A DNA stretch of 64,000 nucleotides, taken from contig CBDETY010000003.1 of NCBI GenBank assembly GCA_965243025.1, positions 3,584,001 through 3,648,000 of the forward strand, read 5' to 3'. A program made the position numbers and the translations under genes. This DNA is from Candidatus Latescibacterota bacterium. GTDB taxonomy: Bacteria; Latescibacterota; UBA2968; UBA8231. Under the pieces are notes generated by a model. The model searched no databases. It was not told the DNA's origin and saw only the letters and a list, made by a program, of their open reading frames with translations. Below are positions 56,494 through 64,000 of the stretch, piece by piece (positions within the stretch are counted from its first letter, which is position 1; each line of letters starts with the position of its first letter).

Positions 56494-58401
56494 TTGGAAA
56501 CGATCCGCGCCACCGTGCCGGTGACCCGCCCCCCCTCCTGGGCGGTGCAGCAGCGCCACCTGATGGCGGCGATGGAGGAGAGCGTCCACCCCTTCGTCGA
56601 CCGCTACGTGCGCGACAACGGCGAGTTCATCTGGGACGACGCCTGGGGCGGCGGCAGCCCCGACGACTACTACGAGCCGTACTTCAACTGGCCCCTGCTC
56701 TACCTGATGGGGGGCGGTTCCCACCTGGTCGAGCTCGCCCACCTCGGCTGGGAGGGAGTGACGCGGCAGCTGACCCGCTGCGGCACGGTCGAGAACGAGT
56801 ACCACAAGGCCGAGGACGTCTTCCACATCTCCGAGAGCGACGCCTTCTTCTACCACCTCTGCCTCGCCGACCCGGCCAACGGCAGCCTGCACCTCAGGGC
56901 GCGCAAGTTCGCCGGCTTCTACACCGGCGACGACCCCGCGGTCAGGAACTACGATCCGGAGAAGCGGATCATCCTGTCGCCGGTCAACGGCTCCGGCGGT
57001 CCCAGCTACCGCGACGACTCGCAGCGCGACTCCCTGTACAGGGGCAGCGAGCGCTACGGCATCCCGTTCTACGACCTGCCCGGCATCTCCTCCTGGAGGG
57101 ACACCGAGGATGACGCCAAGGCGCTGGAGATGGGCCGCGCCGTCCACGACCGCTGGAAAAGGGGGGACGTCATCCACAACATCGCCCAGACCACCCTGGC
57201 GGCGAACGCCTTTCTCCTCACCGGCGAGGAGAGGTACCGCGACTGGGCGGTCGAGTACGCCGGGGCCTGGATGGAGCGCGCCAGGGCCAACGACTGGATG
57301 ATCCCCGACAACGTCGGCCACTCCGGCGCCGTCGGGGAGTACTTCGACGGCAAGTGGTACGGCGGCCTCTACGGATGGACCAGTCCGCACGGCTGGTACA
57401 ACATCCAGATGGCCCTGCTCGCCGCGGCCGGCAACGCCCTCCTGCTCACCGGCGACGACGCCTGGCTCGAGCTGCCGCGCCGGCAGCAGGACCGCATCTT
57501 CGAGCTCGGGGAGCAGCGCGACGCCGGCGGCGAGCACATGAGCCTCAGGGAGCACTGGTTCGGCCAGTTCACCGCCATGGGGAAGCAGGGCGAAACCTTC
57601 CTCGTCCCCTACCGCTACGGCGACGCCGGCTGGTTCGACTGGCAGCCGCTGTCGCCGGCCTTCCCGGCGGCCCTGTGGAACCTGTCGATGGAGGAGGGAG
57701 ACTGGGAGCGGATCGAGCAGGTGCGCACCAGGGAGGCGTACGACTGGAGAGAGGTGGTCTGCTTCCACAACAAGGAGGACTGCGGCCACGAGCAGCCCTG
57801 GCTGCGCTTCCTCGCAGGGGACAACCCCTGCTACCCGGAGCGCATCCTGCAGGCGACCCACCAGGAAGTCACCCGCCGGCTCGCCCTGGTTCGCGCCGAG
57901 ACCGAGGTCGGCACCCACCACAACATCCACCTGTGGCAGGAGGTGAACCCGGTCAGCTCCGAGGCCCTCATCCAGCAGACCCTCGGGGCGCCGCAGCCGA
58001 TCTACAACGGCGGCCTGCTGCACGCCCGCCTCAGGTACTACGACGCCCGCGCCAGGCGCCCCGGCCTGCCCCCCGATGTCGCCGCCCTGGTGACGAAGCT
58101 CGAGGCCGGACAAACCGGGGTGCGGCTGGTCAACCTGAACTCGAACGACGGCCGCGAGCTGGTGATCCAGGCCGGGGCCTACGGAGAGCACCGCTTCTCC
58201 GGGGTGCAGTACACCACCCTGAGCAGCCCCTACCCCGGGCCTCCGGCCCACTACGCCGGGCCGCCGGTGACCGAGGAGACGCGGAGCGCGGACTTCACCG
58301 GGAAATACCTGGGAGTCGAGCTGCCTCCCGGCACCGGGATCGCCCTCGACCTCGCCACCGACCGCTACGCCGGCCAGCCTTCCTGCGCGGGCCTCTATTG
58401 A
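56494..58401 (+). CDS. Uncharacterised ~635-aa protein (paralogue A)
   Basis: TTG start with GGAGG RBS; strong GC3 bias; blocks shared with the next gene. Confidence 0.85.
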   Translation: METIRATVPVTRPPSWAVQQRHLMAAMEESVHPFVDRYVRDNGEFIWDDAWGGGSPDDYYEPYFNWPLLYLMGGGSHLVELAHLGWEGVTRQLTRCGTVENEYHKAEDVFHISESDAFFYHLCLADPANGSLHLRARKFAGFYTGDDPAVRNYDPEKRIILSPVNGSGGPSYRDDSQRDSLYRGSERYGIPFYDLPGISSWRDTEDDAKALEMGRAVHDRWKRGDVIHNIAQTTLAANAFLLTGEERYRDWAVEYAGAWMERARANDWMIPDNVGHSGAVGEYFDGKWYGGLYGWTSPHGWYNIQMALLAAAGNALLLTGDDAWLELPRRQQDRIFELGEQRDAGGEHMSLREHWFGQFTAMGKQGETFLVPYRYGDAGWFDWQPLSPAFPAALWNLSMEEGDWERIEQVRTREAYDWREVVCFHNKEDCGHEQPWLRFLAGDNPCYPERILQATHQEVTRRLALVRAETEVGTHHNIHLWQEVNPVSSEALIQQTLGAPQPIYNGGLLHARLRYYDARARRPGLPPDVAALVTKLEAGQTGVRLVNLNSNDGRELVIQAGAYGEHRFSGVQYTTLSSPYPGPPAHYAGPPVTEETRSADFTGKYLGVELPPGTGIALDLATDRYAGQPSCAGLY

Positions 58402-58569
58402 GAAGCTGTCAAGGAGGTCCCACGCTGCCCCGGCCTTCATCAACCGGGGTCGGTCGAGACCGACGGGAAACTGCTTACTGCCTGCCGGGGCCGCGCCGGG
58501 CCCCCCCCGGGGCGGGAGCCGCCCACAGGCGCCAGCCCTTCACCACCTTGAGGAATCATTGAGGAATCC

Positions 58570-60516
58570 ATGCCAGACGACACCCTGATCACCGCCGACC
58601 TGCCGTCGGTCTCGCAGCCGAACTGGGCGCTCTGGGAACGCGCCCTGTTCGAGGCCATGAACGAGTCCGTATTCCCCTACCTCGACCACTTCACCCGCGA
58701 CGACGGCGAGTTCATCTGGAAGGACGAGTGGGGCGGCGGCAGCCACGACGACTTCTACGAACCCTTCTTCAACTGGCCCACGGTGTACCTGATGGGAGGG
58801 GGCGACCACCTGCTCGACCTCGCCCACCACCAGTGGAACGCCGTCACCCGGCAGCTGACCCGGCTCGGCACGGTCCACAAGGAGTACGGCCTCGACGCCG
58901 ACAACATGCACCAGTCGGAGTGCGACATCGCCTTCTACAACCTCTGCACCGCCGACCCGCTGAACCCGATCAACGAGGTGCGCGCCCGCCGCTTCGCCGG
59001 CTTCTACCTGAACGAGGACCCCGAGGCGATCAACTGGGACCCGGAGCTCAGGATCGTCTTCAACGGCCACCACGGCAGCCGCGGGCCCCACTACCGCCCC
59101 CTGTCCGAGCGCGAGAACGCCAGCTACAGCCCGCTCGGCGGCAGCATGGAGCGCTACAGCCTGCCGTTCTTCGACCTGCCCGGAATCGAGAGCGTTGAGG
59201 ACCTCGCCGATCCGGCCAAGGCCAAGGCCATGGGCCAGGCCCTTTTCGACCGCTGGTACAAGGGGGACACGCCGACCAACCTGTCGCTGACCTCGCTGAT
59301 GACCAACGCCTTCCTGCTGACCGGCGAGGAGAAGTACCGCGACTGGGTGGTCGAGTACACCGGGGCCTGGCACCAGCGCGCCCGCGACAACGGCGGCCTG
59401 CTGCCCGACCAGGTCGGCCACAGCGGCAAGGTCGGGGAATACCTCGACGGCAAGTGGTACGGCGGCCCCATGGGCTGGACCTTCCCGCACGGCTTCCTGA
59501 CCATGCAGTTCGCCGTCCTCGACGCGGTCGCCAACGCCCTGCTGATCACCGGCGACAACGGCTGGCTCGACCTCGCCCGCGTGCAGCAGGAGCGCATCCT
59601 CGACATGGGGGAGATGCGCGAGATCCGGCGCGGGGAGATGAGCGTCAGCGAGCGCTGGGTCGAGCAGTTCGACGCCCTCGAGCCGGGGCAGAAGACCCTG
59701 CTGGTCCCCTACCGCTACGGCGACGCCGGCTGGTTCGACTGGCAGCCGATGCTGTCCGTCTACCCGGCGAGCTTGTGGTACCTGTCGATGGAGGAGCGGG
59801 ACTGGGGAAGCGTCGAGCGGGTGCGCGAGGGGGACGTCCACGACTGGAACTCGGTGTTCGCCTTCCACAACAAGGAGGACTCCGGCCACGAGCAGCCCTG
59901 GCTGCGCTACCTGGCAGGCGAGAACCCCGATTTCCCGGAGCGCATGCTGCACGCCACCCACCAGATCGTCACCCGCCGCAACGCCCTGGTGCGCGAGGAC
60001 CAGGACGTCGGCACCCGGTTCCACATCCACCAGTGGCAGTGGGGAAACCCGCTGTCGTCGGAGGCGCTGATCCAGCTGACCCTGGGCGGGCCGCAGCCGA
60101 TCTACAACGGCGGCTTGCTGCACGCCCGGGTGCGCTACTACGACTGCGAGGGCAAGCGGCCGGGGCTGCCCGAAGACGTCGGCGCCCTCGTGGAGAAGCT
60201 CGAAGCCGGGCGCACCGTCGTGCGGCTGGTCAACCTGAGCACCGTCGAGTCGCGCCGCCTCGTCATCCAGGCCGGGGCCTTCGGCGAGCACCGTTTCGGA
60301 AGGGGAACCTACAGCGGCCGCAGCAGCGACTGGCCGGGGGAGCTGGGCGGGTACGCCGGCACCTATGCCCCGCCGCCGCTCGAGGCCGAGGAGCGCAGCG
60401 TCGAGGTCGGTGGTTCGCACCTGACGGTCGAGCTTCCCCCCGGCATGGAGATCCGCCTCGACCTCGAGACGGAGCGCTACGTCAACCAGCCCTCATACCA
60501 CAACGGGCCGTTCTAG
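58570..60516 (+). CDS. Uncharacterised ~648-aa protein (paralogue B)
   Basis: Shares DD.YEP.FNWP..YLMGGG, LVPYRYGDAGWFDWQP, FHNKED.GHEQPWLR and QPIYNGGLLHAR with paralogue A. Confidence 0.88.
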   Translation: MPDDTLITADLPSVSQPNWALWERALFEAMNESVFPYLDHFTRDDGEFIWKDEWGGGSHDDFYEPFFNWPTVYLMGGGDHLLDLAHHQWNAVTRQLTRLGTVHKEYGLDADNMHQSECDIAFYNLCTADPLNPINEVRARRFAGFYLNEDPEAINWDPELRIVFNGHHGSRGPHYRPLSERENASYSPLGGSMERYSLPFFDLPGIESVEDLADPAKAKAMGQALFDRWYKGDTPTNLSLTSLMTNAFLLTGEEKYRDWVVEYTGAWHQRARDNGGLLPDQVGHSGKVGEYLDGKWYGGPMGWTFPHGFLTMQFAVLDAVANALLITGDNGWLDLARVQQERILDMGEMREIRRGEMSVSERWVEQFDALEPGQKTLLVPYRYGDAGWFDWQPMLSVYPASLWYLSMEERDWGSVERVREGDVHDWNSVFAFHNKEDSGHEQPWLRYLAGENPDFPERMLHATHQIVTRRNALVREDQDVGTRFHIHQWQWGNPLSSEALIQLTLGGPQPIYNGGLLHARVRYYDCEGKRPGLPEDVGALVEKLEAGRTVVRLVNLSTVESRRLVIQAGAFGEHRFGRGTYSGRSSDWPGELGGYAGTYAPPPLEAEERSVEVGGSHLTVELPPGMEIRLDLETERYVNQPSYHNGPF

Positions 60517-60968
60517 TTACTGGCCGTATCCGGGTATTTCATCAGAGGAAGGTATGCTCACGAGATGCTCGATCTGGTCTGGATAAAAGAAGGGGGTTCA
60601 TGATGAAGACCGGATGTTCATTTTGTGGTCACAAGGAACTTCGGCCTCGCGAGACCCAGTACATTTACCGGCATGATGGCCAGTTTCTCATTGTCGATGC
60701 CGTTCCCTGCCTCCAGTGCTCGTACTGTGGCGAACAGTATTTCGAAGCTCGGGTATTGAAGGGTATTGAAAAGAAATTCAACGAACTCCATGTCCATGGA
60801 AGCAAGGCGAGGAAGGCGGTTCAGGTTCCCGTTGAACACTTCCTGGACCTGCATCAAGCCTGATTCACCCCACCTGCCCGTCGAGCTTCCCCCCGACATG
60901 GAGCTCCGCCTCGACCTCGAGACGGAGCTCTAAGTCAACCAGCCCCATACCACAGCGGACCGTTCTAG
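60418..60968 (+). repeat. ~99-bp degenerate direct repeat (60418-60516 and 60871-60968) flanking a small cassette
   Basis: Copy 2 reproduces the last 33 codons of paralogue B with about 9 differences, including TAC>TAA and a 1-nt deletion. Confidence 0.9.
60600..60863 (+). CDS. YgiT/MqsA-type zinc-finger protein (orphan TA-associated)
   Basis: CSFCG...IVDAVPCLQCSYCGEQYF; visibly AT-richer than its flanks. Confidence 0.85.
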   Translation: MMKTGCSFCGHKELRPRETQYIYRHDGQFLIVDAVPCLQCSYCGEQYFEARVLKGIEKKFNELHVHGSKARKAVQVPVEHFLDLHQA

Positions 60969-60982
60969 CCGGAAGACTCCGG

Positions 60983-61969
60983 TCAGGAGCGCTGGATCAT
61001 CTCGATGATCGGGCCCTCTAGCCTGCTCATCGGGTGCTCGAGCGCCTCGGCCCGCATCTGCTCGAGCCGCCTGGATGCCTCGACGTGTCCGTCGGTGAAC
61101 TCCTTGACGAAGGCGCCCCCCATGATGTCGTCGACGAGGAACGAGCGCGCCTTTTCGCGGATCTCGTCGTTGAGCAGCTCCTTCGCCCGGGTCATGGTCC
61201 CGTACTGGCTCGTCGTCGAGTGGTAGCGCATCTGTTTGTAGATGCCGTAGCGCGCCATCAGCGAGAAGACCTCGGCGTTCTCGGTCGAGGCGTAGAGCAC
61301 CATGATGATCTCCTCCGGGGGGAGACCCCGGTCGACGGCGAGCTCGAAGCAGAACTCGAGCCAGGCGTGGAGTCCGGCCCACACGACCTGCTCGGTGTAG
61401 AGGTTGACGTACGCCTCTCCGAGGAAGGAGGACTCGTAGATCCCCGCCCGCGTCAGCCCCATCCCCTTGCACAGCGCCATCGCCGTCTCCCGCGCCGTGC
61501 CGGTGGCGTCCCGCTCCACCGCGAACTGCCCGACGACGCCACCGCCCGCCTCGAAACGCTCGCGCACAATGTTGCCCATCATGATGGGTGCGATCATGAT
61601 GGCGTCCGCCTCCTCTGGCGGCTCGATCACCTTGTAGCCGACGTTGTAGCCGCTGCCCCAGCAGAGGGTGTTCCCCGCCTCGATTCCAGGGGCTATGTGC
61701 TCGTCCCAGATGAAGGGCATCGACTCGTCGGTGGTCAGCACCAGCAGGATGTCTCCCGCCCGCGCGGCCTCGAGCAGGGGCACCGGCTCCCACCCTTCTT
61801 TCCTTGCCAGCTCGCCGTACTCGTCGTCGCGGTTGCCGACGATCACCTCCATGCCGCTGTCGCGCAGGTTGAGGGCCTGCGCCCGCCCCTGGTTGCCGTA
61901 GCCGAGAACGGCAACGGTGCGCCCCTGCAGGGTTTCGAGGGTGACGTCGTCGTCGTGGTAGATCTTCAT
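60983..61969 (-). CDS. ilvC: Ketol-acid reductoisomerase-like protein (divergent class I)
   Basis: VAVLGYGNQGRAQALNLRDSG, L..EQ, HSTTSQYG; several canonical motifs altered. Confidence 0.8.
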   Translation of the reverse strand: MKIYHDDDVTLETLQGRTVAVLGYGNQGRAQALNLRDSGMEVIVGNRDDEYGELARKEGWEPVPLLEAARAGDILLVLTTDESMPFIWDEHIAPGIEAGNTLCWGSGYNVGYKVIEPPEEADAIMIAPIMMGNIVRERFEAGGGVVGQFAVERDATGTARETAMALCKGMGLTRAGIYESSFLGEAYVNLYTEQVVWAGLHAWLEFCFELAVDRGLPPEEIIMVLYASTENAEVFSLMARYGIYKQMRYHSTTSQYGTMTRAKELLNDEIREKARSFLVDDIMGGAFVKEFTDGHVEASRRLEQMRAEALEHPMSRLEGPIIEMIQRS

Positions 61970-62067
61970 GATCGCTCTTCTCCCGGGTTTTCAGTCGCGT
62001 TAGATTCGCAGCGTTCCGCTTACGCAAGCGATACCGCGCGGCGCGGGCAAGCCACTCAGAGGACGAG

Positions 62068-62877
62068 ATGATCACTACTCTCACGCAACCGCAGATCGAC
62101 GCATACGACAGGGACGGACACCTCCTGCTCCCCGGTTTCCTCGACGGCGGGGAGCTCGAGCGCTGGCGCCGGGCGGTCGACGACGGGGTCTCCCGCCTCG
62201 TCGGCAACGCCGACCCGGACATCAAGCTGTTCGACAACCAGGACCGCGACGACTTCTACAGGGACGTCTTCGTCCAGTGCGTCAACATGTGGAAGGGGAG
62301 CCGGCCGGTGCGCGAGCTCGTCCTCGACGAACGGCTGGGCCGGCTGGCGGCCGAGCTGGTCGGCGCTTCGGGGATGCGCCTGTACCACGACCACGCGCTG
62401 GTGAAGAACCCGTGGGCCAACCCGACCAACTGGCACCTCGACAACCCGTCCGACCCCTACTTCTCGCACCAGTCGACGATGCTGTGGATCGCCCTCGACG
62501 ACGCCACCCTGCAGAACGGCTGCCTCTACTTCCTCCCGGGATCCCACAAATCAAGCCGTTTCGAAAGGGTGACGGCCCTGAGCGAGACGCGGATCGACTC
62601 CCTCTTCGAGCATTACCCCGAATGGCGCGGCATCGACCCGGTCGCCGTCGAGGTCAGGGCCGGGGACGCCGTCTTCATCAGCGGCATGATCGCCCACGCC
62701 GCCGGCCCCAACATGAGCCGCCGGCCACGGCGGGCCTTCGCCATCCTCTTCATGCCGGAGGGGGCGACCTTCAGCGGGCGGCAGAGCGCCCTTCCCGACG
62801 CCGTCTTCTCACGCCTCGAGATCGGCGACGTCATCGCCGACGACGAGCACCTGCCGCTGCTCTGGTCCGGGAGCTGA
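62068..62877 (+). CDS. PhyH-family dioxygenase
   Basis: HDHALVK.PWANPTNWHLD, WIALDDATLQNGCL, PGSH, IAHAAGPN. Confidence 0.92.
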   Translation: MITTLTQPQIDAYDRDGHLLLPGFLDGGELERWRRAVDDGVSRLVGNADPDIKLFDNQDRDDFYRDVFVQCVNMWKGSRPVRELVLDERLGRLAAELVGASGMRLYHDHALVKNPWANPTNWHLDNPSDPYFSHQSTMLWIALDDATLQNGCLYFLPGSHKSSRFERVTALSETRIDSLFEHYPEWRGIDPVAVEVRAGDAVFISGMIAHAAGPNMSRRPRRAFAILFMPEGATFSGRQSALPDAVFSRLEIGDVIADDEHLPLLWSGS

Positions 62878-62885
62878 AGCGAGCG

Positions 62886-63653
62886 ATGCGGAAAAACGAG
62901 GTTCGCGAGAAGCTGCTGGCAGGCCGTCCCGTACTGGGGGCGATGCTCGGGCTGGGGTCCCCCAACGCCGCCGAGCTGATGGCCATGGCCGGGTACGATT
63001 TCCTCATCATCGAGACCGAGCACAACGGCCTCGACAGCGCCGAGGTCGAGCACATGCTGATGGCCATCGGGCAGGAGGCGGTCCCGGTCGTGCGCGTCCC
63101 GAGCGCCGACCCGGTGTTCATCCAGCGGGCCCTCGACATCGGCGGCATGGGCATCCTCGTGCCGATGGTGCACACCGCCGGGGAGGCGGCCGCCATCGTC
63201 GCCGCCACCCGCTACCCGCCGCAGGGCTCGCGCGGGTTCGGCCCCCTGCGCGCCTCGCGCTACACCTTCGACTACGAGGAGTACTACGCCGGCGCCAACG
63301 ACCACATCCTCGTCGCCCTGATCGTCGAAACCAGGGAAGCTCTGGAGAACCTCGACGAGATAGCCGCGGTCCCCGGGGTCGACGCCCTCTTCTTCGGGCT
63401 CTTCGATCTCTGCCTGTCGCTGGGGCTCAACCCGATGCAGCAGCCGTTCCCCGAACTCGAGGAGGCGATGGAGGCCGCGGCGGAGATCGGCAGAAAGCGG
63501 GGCGTGGCGATGGGCGTCGGGGTCCCCTCTCCCGGGGAGCTGCGGCGCCGCAACGAGATGGGCTTCCGGTTCCATGTGTACGGCACCGACTACATGCTGC
63601 TCGGGGCCGCGGCCAAGGCAGGGGTGGAGGCGTTCCGCAGCCTGGAGGAGTGA
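62886..63653 (+). CDS. HpcH/HpaI class II pyruvate aldolase family
   Basis: GYDFLIIETEH, VRVP, RALDIG, RYPPQGSRG, IVET, GVDALFFG..DL. Confidence 0.92.
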   Translation: MRKNEVREKLLAGRPVLGAMLGLGSPNAAELMAMAGYDFLIIETEHNGLDSAEVEHMLMAIGQEAVPVVRVPSADPVFIQRALDIGGMGILVPMVHTAGEAAAIVAATRYPPQGSRGFGPLRASRYTFDYEEYYAGANDHILVALIVETREALENLDEIAAVPGVDALFFGLFDLCLSLGLNPMQQPFPELEEAMEAAAEIGRKRGVAMGVGVPSPGELRRRNEMGFRFHVYGTDYMLLGAAAKAGVEAFRSLEE

Positions 63654-63671
63654 GCTTTCAGGCTGGCGGCG

Positions 63672-64000
63672 GTGCAAATGGGCGACGGAAAGCCTTGGCG
63701 GTATGGCCGCGGCATCCCAGTCATCATGGGGGCGTTCCTTCAGCTCTTCCTCCCTGTATCGACGTTCTCTCAAGACACAGAAGGCTACGATCTGCTTGCC
63801 AGTCGCGTAGAAGTCCGCTCCGCCATCGACTGGCAAGCCTGGGAGGCGCCTGTAACTACCTGACACGGGGCTGGCTGATCTACGACTGGAAGCAGGTCAA
63901 CCCGCAGCCTTTCGGCAGCTCGGTGGTAAAGTCCAGCCTGTTCACGAGCTGGTTCAACAGACTGGTGGTGGCGTCGGACCACAAAGGCCAGTACCACTAC
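63672..64000 (+). other. Fragmented coding remnants at the window end
   Basis: A signal-peptide-like ORF ending ...DWQAWEAPVTT* is followed by another open frame (NYLTRGWLIYDWKQ...) running off the window. Confidence 0.3.

Overview
High-GC bacterial chromosome segment with about 55 genes. I see no rRNA, tRNA, CRISPR array, integrase or transposase. Gene content suggests an FCB-superphylum organism outside Bacteroidota (Latescibacterota/Gemmatimonadota-like), possibly a sponge symbiont. This is an inference from T9SS porU/porV, an 'SWGxVK' C-terminal motif, six PhyH dioxygenases, kelch/NHL/ankyrin/WD40 repeat proteins and scattered toxin-antitoxin (TA) genes. Main blocks: (1) T9SS porU-porV operon, in which the PorU catalytic Cys is replaced by Ser, followed by rpmB. 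(2) Catabolic oxidoreductases and PhyH enzymes, two with a halogenase-type HxG motif. (3) TonB receptor plus beta-propeller phytase behind five 11-bp Pho-box-like repeats. (4) A ~16.5-kb mosaic zinc/metal-starvation island (29858-46414). It holds a TBDR, a His-rich lipoprotein, a CxxC/RAPP leader peptide with a large downstream hairpin, WD40, two COG0523 GTPases, a MerC-like protein, zrgABCD, lgt, an Azt/Znu ABC transporter and Zur. It also has two matching 21-bp operators in bidirectional promoters, and fur and folE2 remnants. (5) amtB, PTPS-III, a CDGSH protein, RraA and an AAA-PD(D/E)XK protein. (6) Two tandem uncharacterised ~640-aa paralogues, a zinc-finger cassette flanked by a ~99-bp duplication of a gene 3' end, a divergent IlvC, a PhyH and an HpcH aldolase. 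All calls come from motif recognition by eye; no database searches were run.
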